Source: Azolla caroliniana (lineage: Eukaryota; Plantae; Polypodiophyta). Taken from it: a DNA stretch of 64,000 nt. Location of the stretch: NCBI GenBank assembly GCA_043228905.1, contig JBHGNT010000013.1:19902001-19966000 (forward strand), read 5' to 3'. Both the position numbers and the translations under genes were made by a program. Of this stretch, positions 24,229-37,930 are shown one piece after another (position 1 is the first letter of the stretch; each line of letters opens with the position of its first letter). The notes beneath the pieces are model-generated. The model had not been told where the DNA came from and searched no databases. It saw only the letters and a list, made by a program, of their open reading frames with translations.

Positions 24229-27200
24229 ATGGAAGATCCTTTATTGAAGGAGAAGAAGACTATCCGATCTCCTAATTGGTTTCCGTCATCACTGTCCCCT
24301 TCAGGGGTTATCAAGCTTGTTCCTCCAGCAAGATTCAGCATCCTGTTCGAAAATGCTGCTTTTGATGATGATTATGTGGTCACAGACGAGCCTGCATTTC
24401 GGAAAGAAATCAATTACTCCACATGTAATGGCAATGATAGAGAGTTGCAGGATGTTCCGGGTAAGTCCAAACTTGAATCAAAATGCCACGGCCAAGTAAT
24501 TCAATCCGTTGGAATGTGAATTCTGATTAGCAGCAATTATGGTGCAAAATAGGGCATGATTAAGCTATAATATTGGAAAGATGCTCCATTTACTAGTGGA
24601 ATAGGAATGATGGCACAAAAAACTATCGTTTGGTGATGAAAATATTGGCATTTTCCAGGTGCTTCAACTGTTCCAGAAAATGGCAGAATTAGTGCTTTCA
24701 GTGCAGAAGAACTGATGAAAAAATGCTTGCCTAATCACTGTCATGGAACATTGGATTCTCCAGGTGCATCTAATGTTCAAGAAATTTTTCATGGTTAAGT
24801 TAGATACGGATGCTTGAATCATGTAGGGGAAATGACGGAAACATAATAATAATGCCAATTTGATGATGGGACGGTGGATCTTCCAGGTACACATACAAGT
24901 CTTCAAGAAAATGACAGAAGGTCTGTGAATGCAGACACATATAGAAAACGTTGGTTTGGTGATAGAATAATGGATCCAGGTGTGTCTCTTGTTTAAGAAA
25001 CTACTGTGGTTAGTGTTGGATAAAAATGCTTCAGATAAAGGACAACTGATGGGGAAAAAAATGCTCATATGGCGGTTGAGGGTTAGATTTTTCAGATGCA
25101 TCGACTGCTAAAGAAAATGCCATGATTAAGCTGGATGAAAGTGCGTCAGATCATGCAGGGGAGGTCACGGAAGACTGCACTTTTGGCCTTGAAACATCTT
25201 GTCCAGGTGAGTTTGTTCAAGGAAATTTGTAGTCATGGTCAATTAGATTGAATATTATAACAATAACTCATATGCCAAATATAATTTGGAACTGACAAAA
25301 ACAATGCATGTTTGGTAATGTAACTTTTGATCCAGGTTCACATTCTCAAGAAAATGCCATAGCTAGGTTGGATTGGAATGTTTCTACAGATGCAGAAGAA
25401 CTGGTGGCAGAGAAACAGTACAGAAAATTACCTCTTTCATCAAGAAATTTGATTGTCTTGCTTCATCATGCTTTGCGCAATGGATTGAAGTTCAGTTTGA
25501 GGGGCACGGCCCTCAAGGACGTGTTAACACAACCTGTAAGATCAGCTAGATTCTTTCTAACTTCTTCAAAGTCAACAGAACTGTTTAATTATAAGGAGGC
25601 AAGTTCTTGGCCAATGAAAGAAAGAAATACTGACAGAAGCAAACAAAAACGATCAATTCAATCTCCAATTCTTCATGATGAATTGGTGAAGGAAAAAGAG
25701 GCATCATCAGAATCTGATGTTAGTGCCAATAATTCCCCTTTGGTTTATGAATTGGATAAATCCAACATGTGTCAGCAAGTTTTTCCTGGTAATTCAAAGC
25801 AAGACCTCAATACAGGTGATATTGCTCCCAAGACAACATTAGAGAAGCTTTATTGTAGAGGTTTTGGGACAGGTTCATCTGAAGCTGTAACAGTGCAGCA
25901 TCATTCTGATCATAGCACAGATACTTCGAGATTTGCTCGTTCACATTACCAAAATCAAGAAGACGGAGTTAATGTAACCGGAAATTTACCCATTACATCT
26001 CAGGAATTTGGCGATGATAAAAACTTGGGTGACTATACCACTAGAATGAATCAAAACTCCCCCATGCCCTTGGTTGAATCAATGTCTCTAAGAGATTTTC
26101 CGACCACTTGTGGCACTATGGGTAGGATTGCACCATCAGAATGCAAACAGAAAACCATGCCTTCATTTCCTCACGTACAGAAGAATCAATTTCCATCTGA
26201 ACACGAGGAACACATAATGCTACCCAAAAGCAGCATGGCTTCTTGGCCTAGTTCAGAGTCGCACTGCTGTTTCTTACGACATGTTCCTCATTCCCCACAG
26301 ATGTGGAATAAAAATTCGCTCTCAAAGGAGCCAAATGAATGGCCAAAATCCATCATTCCTTGTCATTCTTGTCACGAACATTTCCATTGCTCAACATCTA
26401 CATGCCAGTTTCAACATGACAGCAGCAGGAAGTCTTATCTATGTCAGTCCCCTGCTCATTATGAATACTTCCAGAACCCTTCAGAGGTCTTCCATAGGCC
26501 AGCCTCCTCTGCTTATCAACAACATACACCGAAGTGTGGAGGTCAACCTTTAAATATAAGGCCTAAAAAGCTCCTATGGGTGTCTGAAGAAGAAGCAGAG
26601 ATCATTCGGCTGATTAGACTCTCCCAGGTATTATGAATTTCATAAATGGTTATTATATCTAACTAATGTGTCTATGAGACTTCTGTTGTAGAGAAAACTT
26701 AATGAAGGTAGGAAATGACGGATCCTGGATTTGAATTTATGATAGAAATCACAATCTTTGGATGTGATTGGACATTGACTAACAGGCATTTACGCTTCAT
26801 AAAATAACACAGAATTTTGAAAACAATAAAGACTTTTGTAGTTGTTCGCCGAGTTCATCACAGATGATTCTACTGATCACCTTTCAAAATGCACAGAAAC
26901 TTAGTCCAGAGGCTTTATGTGTGTCTGCACCTATGCGTAGGGGAGCCCCATGTGCATGATAATAACCTTGACTCAGTTGCTTTAGTTGGATGTGTGACAA
27001 AGGTTGTACACTCAGGCCCAGATACCAACATGATTACATATTTGGGCATATATATTTACACACACATCTTTCTTCAATGATACATCATCTATTGTTGAAC
27101 CAGAACTCATAATGGGTGAATTCACAAGTTCAACTCATGATGGAAACAAACAAAAAATAGAAGGCGGCTCCGTGATATCATTGCAGATCTCGGGTTGCAG

Positions 27201-30200
27201 GCCATCAAGTTTTTGACATCAGAGACACTGTGATAAAGTAATGTTGCTTCAGGCTGAGGGTGGTGCTTAACTCCAAGATGTATAGGCTCTAGAATGTATG
27301 AGTGATGCATGCTTACAGAGACTTTAGGGTCAGGGCCATCATCATGGTGAGTGAAGAAAACACCTGAATTACTTGTGATTGTGGAACAATGCTTTGATTA
27401 AATTGGATAACATTATGGTGATCAGGAAGGGGAGTGGTTTGAAACTTGTAGCTAGTATATTTTCATTTTCATCCGTTCTTCAGCTAGCTGAATCTCATGT
27501 ATCCTTTGTGAAACATGACGGTTGGAACAAGACCTGATGGTTTTAGGCTAGGCACACCAAGTTGTCAACAAACTCACTATAAATGGATAATGAATTAAGA
27601 TATTGCTGGATTTCCTGAATCCACTATTGTGCAATTCTTGAAAATATTTATGTTTATAGGCCAGGCACAAAATAACTATTTTCAGGGTTTATGATCTATC
27701 ATAAGCATGTTTTAATTCGTTTATTCTGTTTTTGATAATCTGTAGGTTTCATCTCGTTTCATTTGTTCTTGTTACATCTGTGAAATTGACACATTCTTAC
27801 ATCAATCCAACAGGACATTAGTAGGTGTTCCAGCTCCTATGATGCATCTGGACAAGATTCACCCATTTCAAGTGCAAAAGCAGGACCTGAAATTCCTGAA
27901 GATGATAATTTTGGTGATGTTAGAGACGCACCCCATTTTTCAAGCAGATTCTCATCATCATCTGTGGAGGATTTTGGTGTCAAGAGTGTAGAAGATGGTA
28001 CTCTTAGTATGGTAAATCTTGATAGCATGTGGCTCTTTCACGATACCCTAAACTGAAGTCTTACGCAAATATTCTTACACAGAACTTAATTGATTACTTA
28101 ACAGTGTGATCTGGATGTAAAAAGTACATTGCGAGGAGGGGATGAAGAAAGTGTTTCTATTAAATCATTACCCACTTGCGATAGTCAGATAAATGTAGAG
28201 GTAATATTTTATGCTTTAATATAAATTATTTTCTCAGTTTTCTAGATTAATCCTCCAATATTCCAGCTAAAATGGAACATGCTGGTAAAGTTGTATCTTG
28301 TGCTGCTGTCCCTCAAAATAAACATGGGCAATTTTGTAGCAAAAACTATTTGTAGTTAGCCCCATGGAAAATGACATGGCAAAATTGAAACATCTAATGA
28401 GTTTTTTAACACATTCAAATACATTTAACTAAAAGAATGCCTGTGTAACGTTGACACCACTAACATCACATCCTAAAGGGATGTGGATGGCGTGCATAAA
28501 TTTCATCATGTAACATGAGATGCAACTCCTTAATCTGATGTAGGTTGCAGCTTCCGGGTACTTTTATTAATGGGGAAACCATTAATACTTTATTTTTTCA
28601 TATTTTCCTAAATCATTAACATTACTTCTCTTAAGATTTTATTTTTATACTGATGTTCAAATTGTTGGAATATTGTTAAAAAGTGATAAAAGACAATCTT
28701 ATTTTAAGTTAAAGACGTTATCAACATGGAAATTTATTCCTTCTCAATGAACATAAAGACCGCTACTAAGAATCTTAGTAACTTAGAAGCAACACAGATG
28801 TCTTATTCTTATGTAATTCTTTGATGCTAAAGTATGTCGGACACATTGCATGCAAGATAAGTTGTCTTATTGGATAGCGGGAACAGCGTGATATTCCTGT
28901 TTTTATTATGTTAAATTTCCAGAAACAAGCTGCTTCCTGCATTCAGCACTACTGGCGAAAGGGCTTGAAAAGAAAAGAGGAAGAGAGTAAAGAAAGAACA
29001 CGATTAGAGGCACTAAAATTTGTCTCTAATATGCCTGCTGGGCATGATTGTCTGATGCAGATGGCTATAACGGTATAAAAGTCTTAGCAACTTGAACTGT
29101 AAGAGTCGTTGTAGATTAGTGCGTAAAATGTGGTTTGTGCTAAAATCTATCATTTCTCCATTTTAATGGCCTCTGAATCAATTCAAATTCCTCAGGCAAT
29201 TAGAAGTGGAAATTTGGTCAGATGGTATTCCTCCTTGCACATGGCTGCGAAACTTATCCAAAGTGTTTGGCGTGAAACTTTGAAAAGGAGACATGAGGAA
29301 ATGATTGCTCTACAATCAATTCCTTGGGGGATGAAGGTTAGTGGAACATACTCAAATGAAAGCATTGTAATAAACACGAGACAAAGAACCAGTTTGTGTT
29401 GCTGCTACTGCTTTGGAAGATTTCAGAGAATTAGTCATTGTTTATAAAATGGGAAACTCCTATCTTTGCAGAAGCTTTATGAATTCATTGTGAGAAGGCA
29501 TAAGAGCAAAGGGCATACAGTTCCAACCTACGGTATTTACTATAAATTATTGATTAAATCAAAATTTATTGATTCCTTCCACTCATATTATTGTGTGGTT
29601 CAATAGCTACAAATTTAGCTCGTTTTAGGTCTCTTATTAAAAATTTCGAGAAAGTAGAGTTTTCTTAAATATTTGCAATATCCTACATCAATGATATTGC
29701 ATCTCTAACATATTATGTTTTATCTTCCAAATATGTAGGTGGTTCATGATATGTTATATCTATTTCTTGAAAATGCAATACAATAATGTTGGCTATGCTT
29801 TATGATCTGTAGAGTCTCAATGAAAGAATCCTCCATGTATGAAAAATAAACTTCAATTTAAATGGCAAGGATTGATATGTGTACCTACGGTCTTGGGTTT
29901 TGTCTCCCTTCATTTGTTACAATTTCATACAAATTGGGGCATGGACCATTCTTGATTTGTGGCACAAGAGATCGATATTATTGAAGTAAAAGGAATTCAT
30001 ATCTACATTCTGATTGTATGTGTTATTCTTTAATTTTTTGTGAATCACTTGGTCACTTTCATTCAGAAGATGTGGGTCTTTCTGGACAGAAACCTTCACC
30101 AGAAGCATGGAACGCCTCCAAGCTGTCATTGAGGGTGCTCGCATTCGGCGAAGACTCAAATCAAGACGTTTGCAAACTATTGTGAAAGAAATAAAGGTTC

Positions 30201-33200
30201 ATGCCAATTCATTAGCTTTAATCATGCCGTGTTTTTAAATGGATTCCCACCAACCAACAAACCTTTGTTGAATTTTCGAAAGCAGATCTATTATGACTTA
30301 GATGAGAAAAGGTCATGTGGGGATATTATAGGATGTTAAGTCATGAGTAACTGGGAATACTCTCTTTATAACTTTAACACCTTGCATGAAAATATTGAAA
30401 TCGCAGAAACAATAGCAGTTGTGCATATACTAAGGGATGTTTACCTTTCTAGTTCTCGTTAATTCATGTTCACTAAAACCATTGCATGAATGGAACAGGA
30501 AAAATGAATCATTATACGAATACCATATTTTAATGAAAATGCAATTTTTGTTTAGGAAATCAGGCTACTTGTCCAAGAAATATCCGCTGAGCCAGCTTCA
30601 GAACCGTTTCCAAATCTCCTGCCCCAATTATCTATACAGTTGCAACAGAAGATGGTGCAGCTACAGACAGCACTGAGTGGTATTTGAACCCTCTAAATTT
30701 GTGTCCATCATCATAATTGTGAAACCTATTGAAACACTAAAAGAGTTAACAATATCCTGTTATAGGTCCACAAGATGCAGCTCGTGTGTTATTGCGAAGG
30801 TGTCCAGCAACTCCTTTATTTATAGGTTCATCAAAAAATATACAAGAGGGAAGTCCAGCCTTGGCATCACCTAAGATAATAAACGCAGAAAATTCGGGGA
30901 ATTTATTTCTAAAGTCTTCAGTGGAAAATTTCTCGAATTCTCAGAAGAAAAGACAACCACCAATTCAGTCTACGAACATCAACATTAGAGAGAAAGGACC
31001 TATCGGAAGTCAAGAACCTGTTCCTGATGTTGACCTAAAAGCTCCATTTTCCACTTCACAACAAGTGCCACCACGAGAAGAAAGTTCGCGAAGGCAGCTG
31101 GTTGCAAGAAAAGATAGAAATCTTGAGGAAAAGAAAGAGAAGATTCCAAAACAACATCATATTGCAATTTCTCCATTGACAATTAACAGCAAAAGTCCAA
31201 GTAAAAACAATGTGATTAGGAAGACAGAACAAGTAATTCAGCTATGGCAGAAGGACTCCAATCTCAGTCATGATATACCTTTGGAAGAAGCTGGAAGTGT
31301 AATTGTGGATGATTCTGATTATGAAGACATGTCACAGAATCAGGATATTCCCAAGCATCCATTCTTACGGAGGAAGTCAAAAGCCATGCCTCCTCAGAAG
31401 CTTGATTGGTCTAAGGTATTATTACTTCAGAATTCTTCTTTTATATCTATAATTATTGTGTACCTCTATGACTAGGCAATACTGAATTAAGATTTCCACT
31501 TGTATCTATTGTAGTGTACTACGTGACATTCTCAGGAAATGTAACATACTTTTGCTTTTAGAGTTCATGCAGTCTGTTAGAGCAGACATAGTGCATCCTA
31601 AATTCGAAAGGGTTTGACAGACTATATAATGAGAAACAAAGCAGATCCATATTTTTCAAATCAGTTATAAAGAAACTCCATAATTACCTTTTTGAATTCC
31701 CGTTTTTATAAATTTAATGTCTAATGTATGTCCAAGGCTACTAGAAATTATGGAGTACTGTCTTCTGTTTAACAGGTAAAGCCCATGGTTAGTTCTAGAT
31801 TAGAACCAGAACTGAAGACTCGCCTTTTTAAGCCAAACTTCAGGGGCGCAGCATCATTCAGAAAAAAGGTTTGAAAGTTCATCATCTAATTGTTTCACCA
31901 ATCTTTTAACGCCGATCACGTTCAGCTTTATAGTAACTATTTCGAGCTTCCTGTGCAGAGAAACTTCAGTGATATTAAGAGCAGACTATTCAACTATGAA
32001 AAAACAGCTACTGAAGAAGCGGCTGGACTGGTTAAAAATTCCGAGTTTAAGCATGCTGGTGACATCACTGTCGCAGCACAGAGAAATTTGGTTGCGGATT
32101 ATGATTTTAAAGAAGGGCAAGTGTCTATGAACAAATCGTTGAATATGCAAAATTCGAAGCAACCATCTCTGAGATATTTCCAGAATCATCAATTAGCAAA
32201 GGAAGGTTTCGTGAAAGTACAGGAGCCAGAACCGCAATATAGTATTCCTGTTATCGCTTTAGAAAAAATGGAGAAAAAACATGAGGAATGTCCATATTTT
32301 CCACCTGCTCCATTACATGATGGTAGTCTTCTCATTAAATCAGCTAATCATACGGAAAATCAGATCATTCTAGCAGGTATAGCAGTAACCAAATGACTTG
32401 ACTGATGGACTGATTTCTTAAACTGCAGAAAAGGCATCAATTTGTGGATATGCAGAGAATGAGAGGGCTTATAACTCAGCTGTAAGTTTCTTTCAATTAC
32501 TAAATTCTACACCGATAATTGAGTTCAGCTCAGAATTTAAATGGAAATGATTCCCTTGATACTGCTATTTTCTTTGTCAATTGTTCATAGAAGAGGACAT
32601 ATGGTGTAATAAGACGTGCATACCAAAAAGGCTATGTCAGTAGAGTGACCTTCCTCACTACAACTCTCCAAAATTTCGTTTGCCAATTTCAAAAATATTG
32701 TTAAGTCACCATCTAGCCCACAGAATATGTCCGAAAACCCTATCTCATGTCTACAGGTATCAGTTTCTATTAATGAGTTTGATTCTCCCATGGTTGCATT
32801 GATAATATTCAAGCCTAGATGAAAGATTCTCTTCATACCTATGCTCTTGAGCCCAATTGTTACATTCTACAAAAGATTGCATGAAATGGAAATGTTCCAC
32901 CTGCCAATCCTAAGATAGAGAAGTTCTATCTACCTGTTTCTGTGATGATATCCTAAAACCTATATCTGATGCATCAAAAAGTAAGATGATGACTAATGAA
33001 GAATTATACAATGATATTTCATAAGTAGTACAATATGATGGCGACTGTGTAGCCACCAGTGGTTTTCATCAAGAGAATGGGTTTACGGCTATGTCGTCAT
33101 GGTACCTCATATTCCACCTTAGAAGTGTTGAGTGCACGATTATTCCAAGCTCAAGGTGATTATGAATCAAAGCTCTGTTTCCCTGTCTCTGCCATTTCCA

Positions 33201-33870
33201 AGCTGTTTTGATTTGGCTGTTTCTGACTACTCTGTATTCCCTGCTTAGTGTTTTTAGCCTAGATAACATTTCCTTGATTATTACTGAAAACATTTTTCAT
33301 TAAATATGTTGGTTCTCAGGTAGAAATGGCATCATCAGAGCTGGAAAAGATGTTCAACAGTGTGGTCAAACAAAAAGATGGTGAGCCACTTACAGATTTT
33401 ATTTTAGTTTTATTTTCAACTTGTGGTGTCATTCTGAATGAATACTATTTCTGATATACACAGGGAAAACAAATTCACTTGCCAGTTTCTTTCCTTCAAA
33501 TCGGGTAAAAACAATGTTGTCGATGCTCAATCTTATAATTGTTGGGTGATTGTTTACTCAATTTCCTTGTTGAATTTCTGGATCTTCATGGCTCTTCTAT
33601 AGCAAGACAGCATTATTCCAAAACTCCATGCAAGCTCATCTTTATTTAAATTGACCCGACCCGAGGTTTGTTTCATGTCTTGGATATCTGAACTACACCA
33701 TATTCCATATTATCTATCTGTAGGGCTTAGGATATCACAATATTGCTGTTACCGTCTCATTCTCTGACTTCTCTTGGCAGATGAGTAGAATTCACAAACT
33801 TCTTAGTAAAGAAGGCTGTGCCGGACGGGTTCAGCATAAGTGCCTCTCGTTTGTTTCTATACGAGATTGA
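24229..33870 (+). CDS. Large multi-exon uncharacterised protein with IQ (calmodulin-binding-like) motifs
   Basis: Predicted GT-AG exons: 24229-24460, 24659-24763, 24887-24979, 25096-25206, 25336-26627, 27814-28011, 28105-28200, 28923-29072, 29196-29336, 29472-29532, ~30067-30196, 30556-30679, 30766-31415, 31776-31868, 31959-32376, 32429-32481, 33320-33380, 33464-33504, 33603-33665, 33781-33870. IQ-like AASCIQHYWRK, AAKLIQSVWRE and RLQAVIEGARIRR. (CTT)n-rich 5' UTR at 23.9-24.2 kb. The phase between 29532 and 30067 is unresolved. Confidence 0.75.
24461..25410 (+). repeat. Degenerate tandem array of ~93-130-bp units bounded by CAG|GT, spanning exons and introns
   Basis: Recurring TCCAG|GT...GTTCAAGAAAATG...CATG.TTAAG.T.GAT motif at ~24659, 24764, 24887, 24980, 25096, 25207 and 25336. 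Confidence 0.85.
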
Positions 33871-36800
33871 TCATATTCTATTGTAAATTAGCATATCTAA
33901 CCAAGGTGAATTGTTATTCCTTCTCTAATTCGTCTTTTATCTTCTTCTCTTTTAATACATCTATCTTTATCTGGAGTCTTTTGTTTCATTCCCTCATTTT
34001 TCTCCTTAGGATTGGTGAATTTTTTATACCTTTAGAAATAGAAGCTCTAATACCTGCATTCCTCTCTACAATTAGCTGTAGTAGTTGAAATGAAATCATT
34101 GACCAAAATGTTTAGGTTCTATTGTCAATAACATGATACAATTACGGAAATAACAGGTTTGGGTATAGTTGCATAAACATGGCCATTCTTCCATTTGCAA
34201 GATTTTTTGTTGTTTTCGTTTGACAAAATGATTTCAACGTTTTTGAGTTGTTGTGTAAAGCATCCAATGCTTCTAGAATCAAACGTCTGAAGCTTTGAGC
34301 AACAAGGACTAAATATTTCAAAATCATAGCAAACATGTGTAAAGCCGAGGGAATACAGTCTAAGGAAGATGAAGCCATTATGCCTTATAAAGTAGGGTTT
34401 GCATTATAAGTATATCAGTATGTAGAAGATGTCTCAGGGTTCCATCTTTCTTTATAATTGCTTAATTTATTCATTGGAGAATAATGTTGATGGATGTCTC
34501 AGCACTTAAATTCGTATGCAAAAAAGTAGGCCTTTTAAACGAATGTCGTCAACTAATGGGATGAGAATAGCTTGTTTTCATATTCAACCAAAGCTAACAC
34601 GGAGACATTAAGACAAATTGAAATGTATACACGTTCATTAATCCTAGAGACTTAACATTTTTGTTGGGTAGGATGTCATTAAGCATTGTTTATTTTGCCA
34701 TATTGTATAATTGGCAAGCATCATCACTGCCATAGATATAAATTCGTTTACTTTCAGATTTTTCATAGGAATGTTTTGCTGGTCTATAGTTTTTTATTTC
34801 TCTATGGAATAATTTATAAGAATTGACTTGAGTGATCAAAGTTATGCAGGTATCTCTCCACTTTAAGCAATCAAAAGCTCCAGTGATTGGGCATTTGACT
34901 GCCTTTCCCAAAGCAATTGAGACATCAAATTAGCTTGTTTTCAGATGTTTTCTGATATACAGTTTGTTTTAATACTGAAATCTGTATTATAGCTTGATGG
35001 ATGCACGCAGTTTGTTTGTGAAGCTAGTGTTGCTTCTGGTGTAAATAGCTTCTACGGCTATTACTACCTTAAACATGGTTATGTACAGTGATCAATATTG
35101 TAAATAGATTTTTATGGAGATGTGATATTAGATCAAATTGACAACTGCCATTTGTAAACAATGCTCATTGGAAATAGTGAAAAGTGAGTTGCTTGGTATC
35201 TATTTTTTCATAACTAGATTACGTGTACAAAAGAGATTAAATTATGAGATGTCCATGTCTTTCATTGGTATGATTACACAATTCCACCAATAATGTGATG
35301 ATGCATTGGGACTTATGCCTACTCGTTGCAGCTCCACATTAGATGTTGAATAAAAATGGGTAGGGATTAGTGACATCATCTGTGTAGAAGATTGTATCTT
35401 GATGGATAATCATGAAGTAAACTTTGATAGGATTCAAGAGGAGAAGCTTGGCAAGAGCAGCCAATTGACAATCATTGTTTTGTATGTGTGGTACTTTCAA
35501 ATATATCCAATTACAAGGATGAGAATGTTCTAAAAAATAGAGTTGTGAGAAGACAAGGTTGTAAGATTACATTTGTGTATATACCTCAAATGTGCCATCA
35601 TCAATAATATAACGTTCAAGTGAGGTTTATAATGTGTCACATTGTCACACTAATTGAGAAAGAATTACACATAACCATAGATCAAGGTTTAACTACATTG
35701 CTTATAAATAGGATCTTAGGTGCCCTCGTGGTTGAAACAATAGTTCCGATGCATTTTCATATGCAAAGAAGCATACCATGCTAAATGTGTAGAGGGGTAT
35801 GAGGTATTATAGCTTCAAATTGAGTTAACGTATATCTACCTGTTTCCATGAAGGACATCTTGTTTGGATGAGATGAGTTCCATGACCATTGCCAACCCGT
35901 GAAGACAATTTGTGTGGAGGCGTCATCATTTGTGTGTGAACCAATTATGCACATCCCTTTACTACGATTTCACATTAAACAAAGAATGGAAGAACATTCA
36001 TCATTTGGGGGGCAGGAGGGGGGGGGGGGGGGGGGCTTGACCCATGAGGATCTAAATTGACCTAGAAAAACAATGAATAATGATGTCTATGTAACATCTA
36101 ATGCATTATGTTAGTTGTGATACCTAACAAGGATATTCCCAAAACAAAATGGTAAACGTGCAAGATCCCAAAGTTGTTGTTTTTATTTAAAATGATGTCA
36201 CGTTGTATTAAGTCGCAAATGTAATTGTAAGACGCAATAAGGTTGTAGATACTCTACATGCCTATATGTACTAGTCTTCAACATTTTACTAGTAGAAATA
36301 AACTAACCTAGAAGCACACCTGGAGTTGATTGATTGCACCTGACTTTTCTTTTTCTCATAATATAATATAATTCTATCTAATTATTTGATTTCTCTTGTG
36401 TCGTGCATCTAATCCTATTCTCCCTAGACCTTGCAGTGTCTATCATGATATTTAGCGATAAGAACGAAATCGTAGATTGGATTTTTGAGATAAGTTCAAG
36501 GGGTTTAAATGGTTGTTAAATGCAATAACTTATGTTAATGTCTTCGTATTCTTGAATACTCCCCCCCAAAAAAAGGGCAATTGACTGTAATGTTTTTTTG
36601 TATACATCAGTACAACCACATGTTGTTAGATTAACTCTAAAATAATACCTTCATTAAACCAAGCAATCCAAATTACATCTAAAGCTAATGCTGCCTTTTT
36701 ACTCTATCAAAGTTGAACCTTACAACTAGTTTTTTTTGTGCATTTTTCATCATATTGGCTATTGAATATTTTATAAAGTGTGACCTTGACACACGAAGAA

Positions 36801-37456
36801 GAATTGGTGGTGGACATTGGAACACCTCATGTGCTTTTTATGTTTTGGAGTGTGAAACAAGATTTTATTATATTACAAAATGAATGATACATATGGTGCC
36901 AAGATTGGCAAAGCATGATATACCTACATGCTCTTTAACCACGAACGCCATACATCCATCATTGGATCGAGATTGAAGTAACATCAATAGGCACCTTGTT
37001 AATCCTTGGGACAAAAGAGTAAAAAATAAAGGTTTGGCAATGTATCGCTCTTGGGGTCCTCATGAATTAGATGTAATCATTAGAAGAAGAAGATCAAGAT
37101 GTACGGCAATGTGAACACTTTAAACTTGTTAAGACAATAATAATAACAACAATAATAAAAGCTTCTTTTTTTCCGAAAAGTGGAGCAATGACAATTGTGG
37201 AAAAAAAAAAGAATGAGATGTGGATGGGATAAGATACACGGGATCTTCAAATCAAATCTCGACCAATTATAAGCCTTCTTTTCTCTTTCGTTAAAAGTAA
37301 TGTATGTATTAAAAAACAACACGACAAGAGAGCGTTTGTTGTCCCTATCATAACAATGGTGAGGATCTTACGGCAAGGTAAACCCTCAAAGGGGTGTTGT
37401 AAGACTAGCTGACATAAAGGCAATGCCTTTGAAGGGGGGGGTGTTTGTGGGGGTCC

Positions 37457-37459
<3 letters not shown>

Positions 37460-37520
<61 letters not shown>
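37460..37520. repeat. (AG)n microsatellite
   Basis: Seen directly. Confidence 0.97.
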
Positions 37521-37522
<2 letters not shown>

Positions 37523-37714
37523 TATCGATTATCTTCTTTCTTCTTCTTCTTCATTTCTTTCCATTGAAGAAAAAAGAACACCCCCCAAACACACACATTA
37601 CCCAAATTATCTCAAAATTGAAGAAAAATTGGAAGATAAAGTTGCACCAGTCACAATAACAAAAAGAAGAAGAAGAAGAAGTGAAATTAAATAAATAAAA
37701 ATAATAATGACGAG

Positions 37715-37930
37715 AGACATGCGGAGAAAAAGGGCGTGTGGTTGATGTCATGGTCTTGCCACGTGGGCAGAAAGCGATAGGACAGGACGGCGTCAAAAGC
37801 GAAAAGAGAAAGGAAAGAAACCAAAATGAAAAAGAAAAAAAGTGAAGAAGGTGGGAATCATTCGAGAAGATAAAAATAGAAGAATAGAAAAAAGCATTTG
37901 CCTGCGTTTTGCCGCTGCCACGTTGCCCTT
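37715..37930. promoter_or_regulatory. Candidate cis-regulatory island with G-box (GCCACGTGG) and a related GCCACGTTG
   Basis: CpG-retaining patch in AT-rich surroundings, flanked by GAGA repeats, ~5.5 kb upstream of the MYB gene. Motif match only. Confidence 0.35.

Noticed and set aside
26692-26707. Possible 16-nt micro-exon (TAG|AGAAAACTTAATGAAG|GT)
   Set aside because: Inclusion would break the frame between 26627 and 27814, which join in phase without it.
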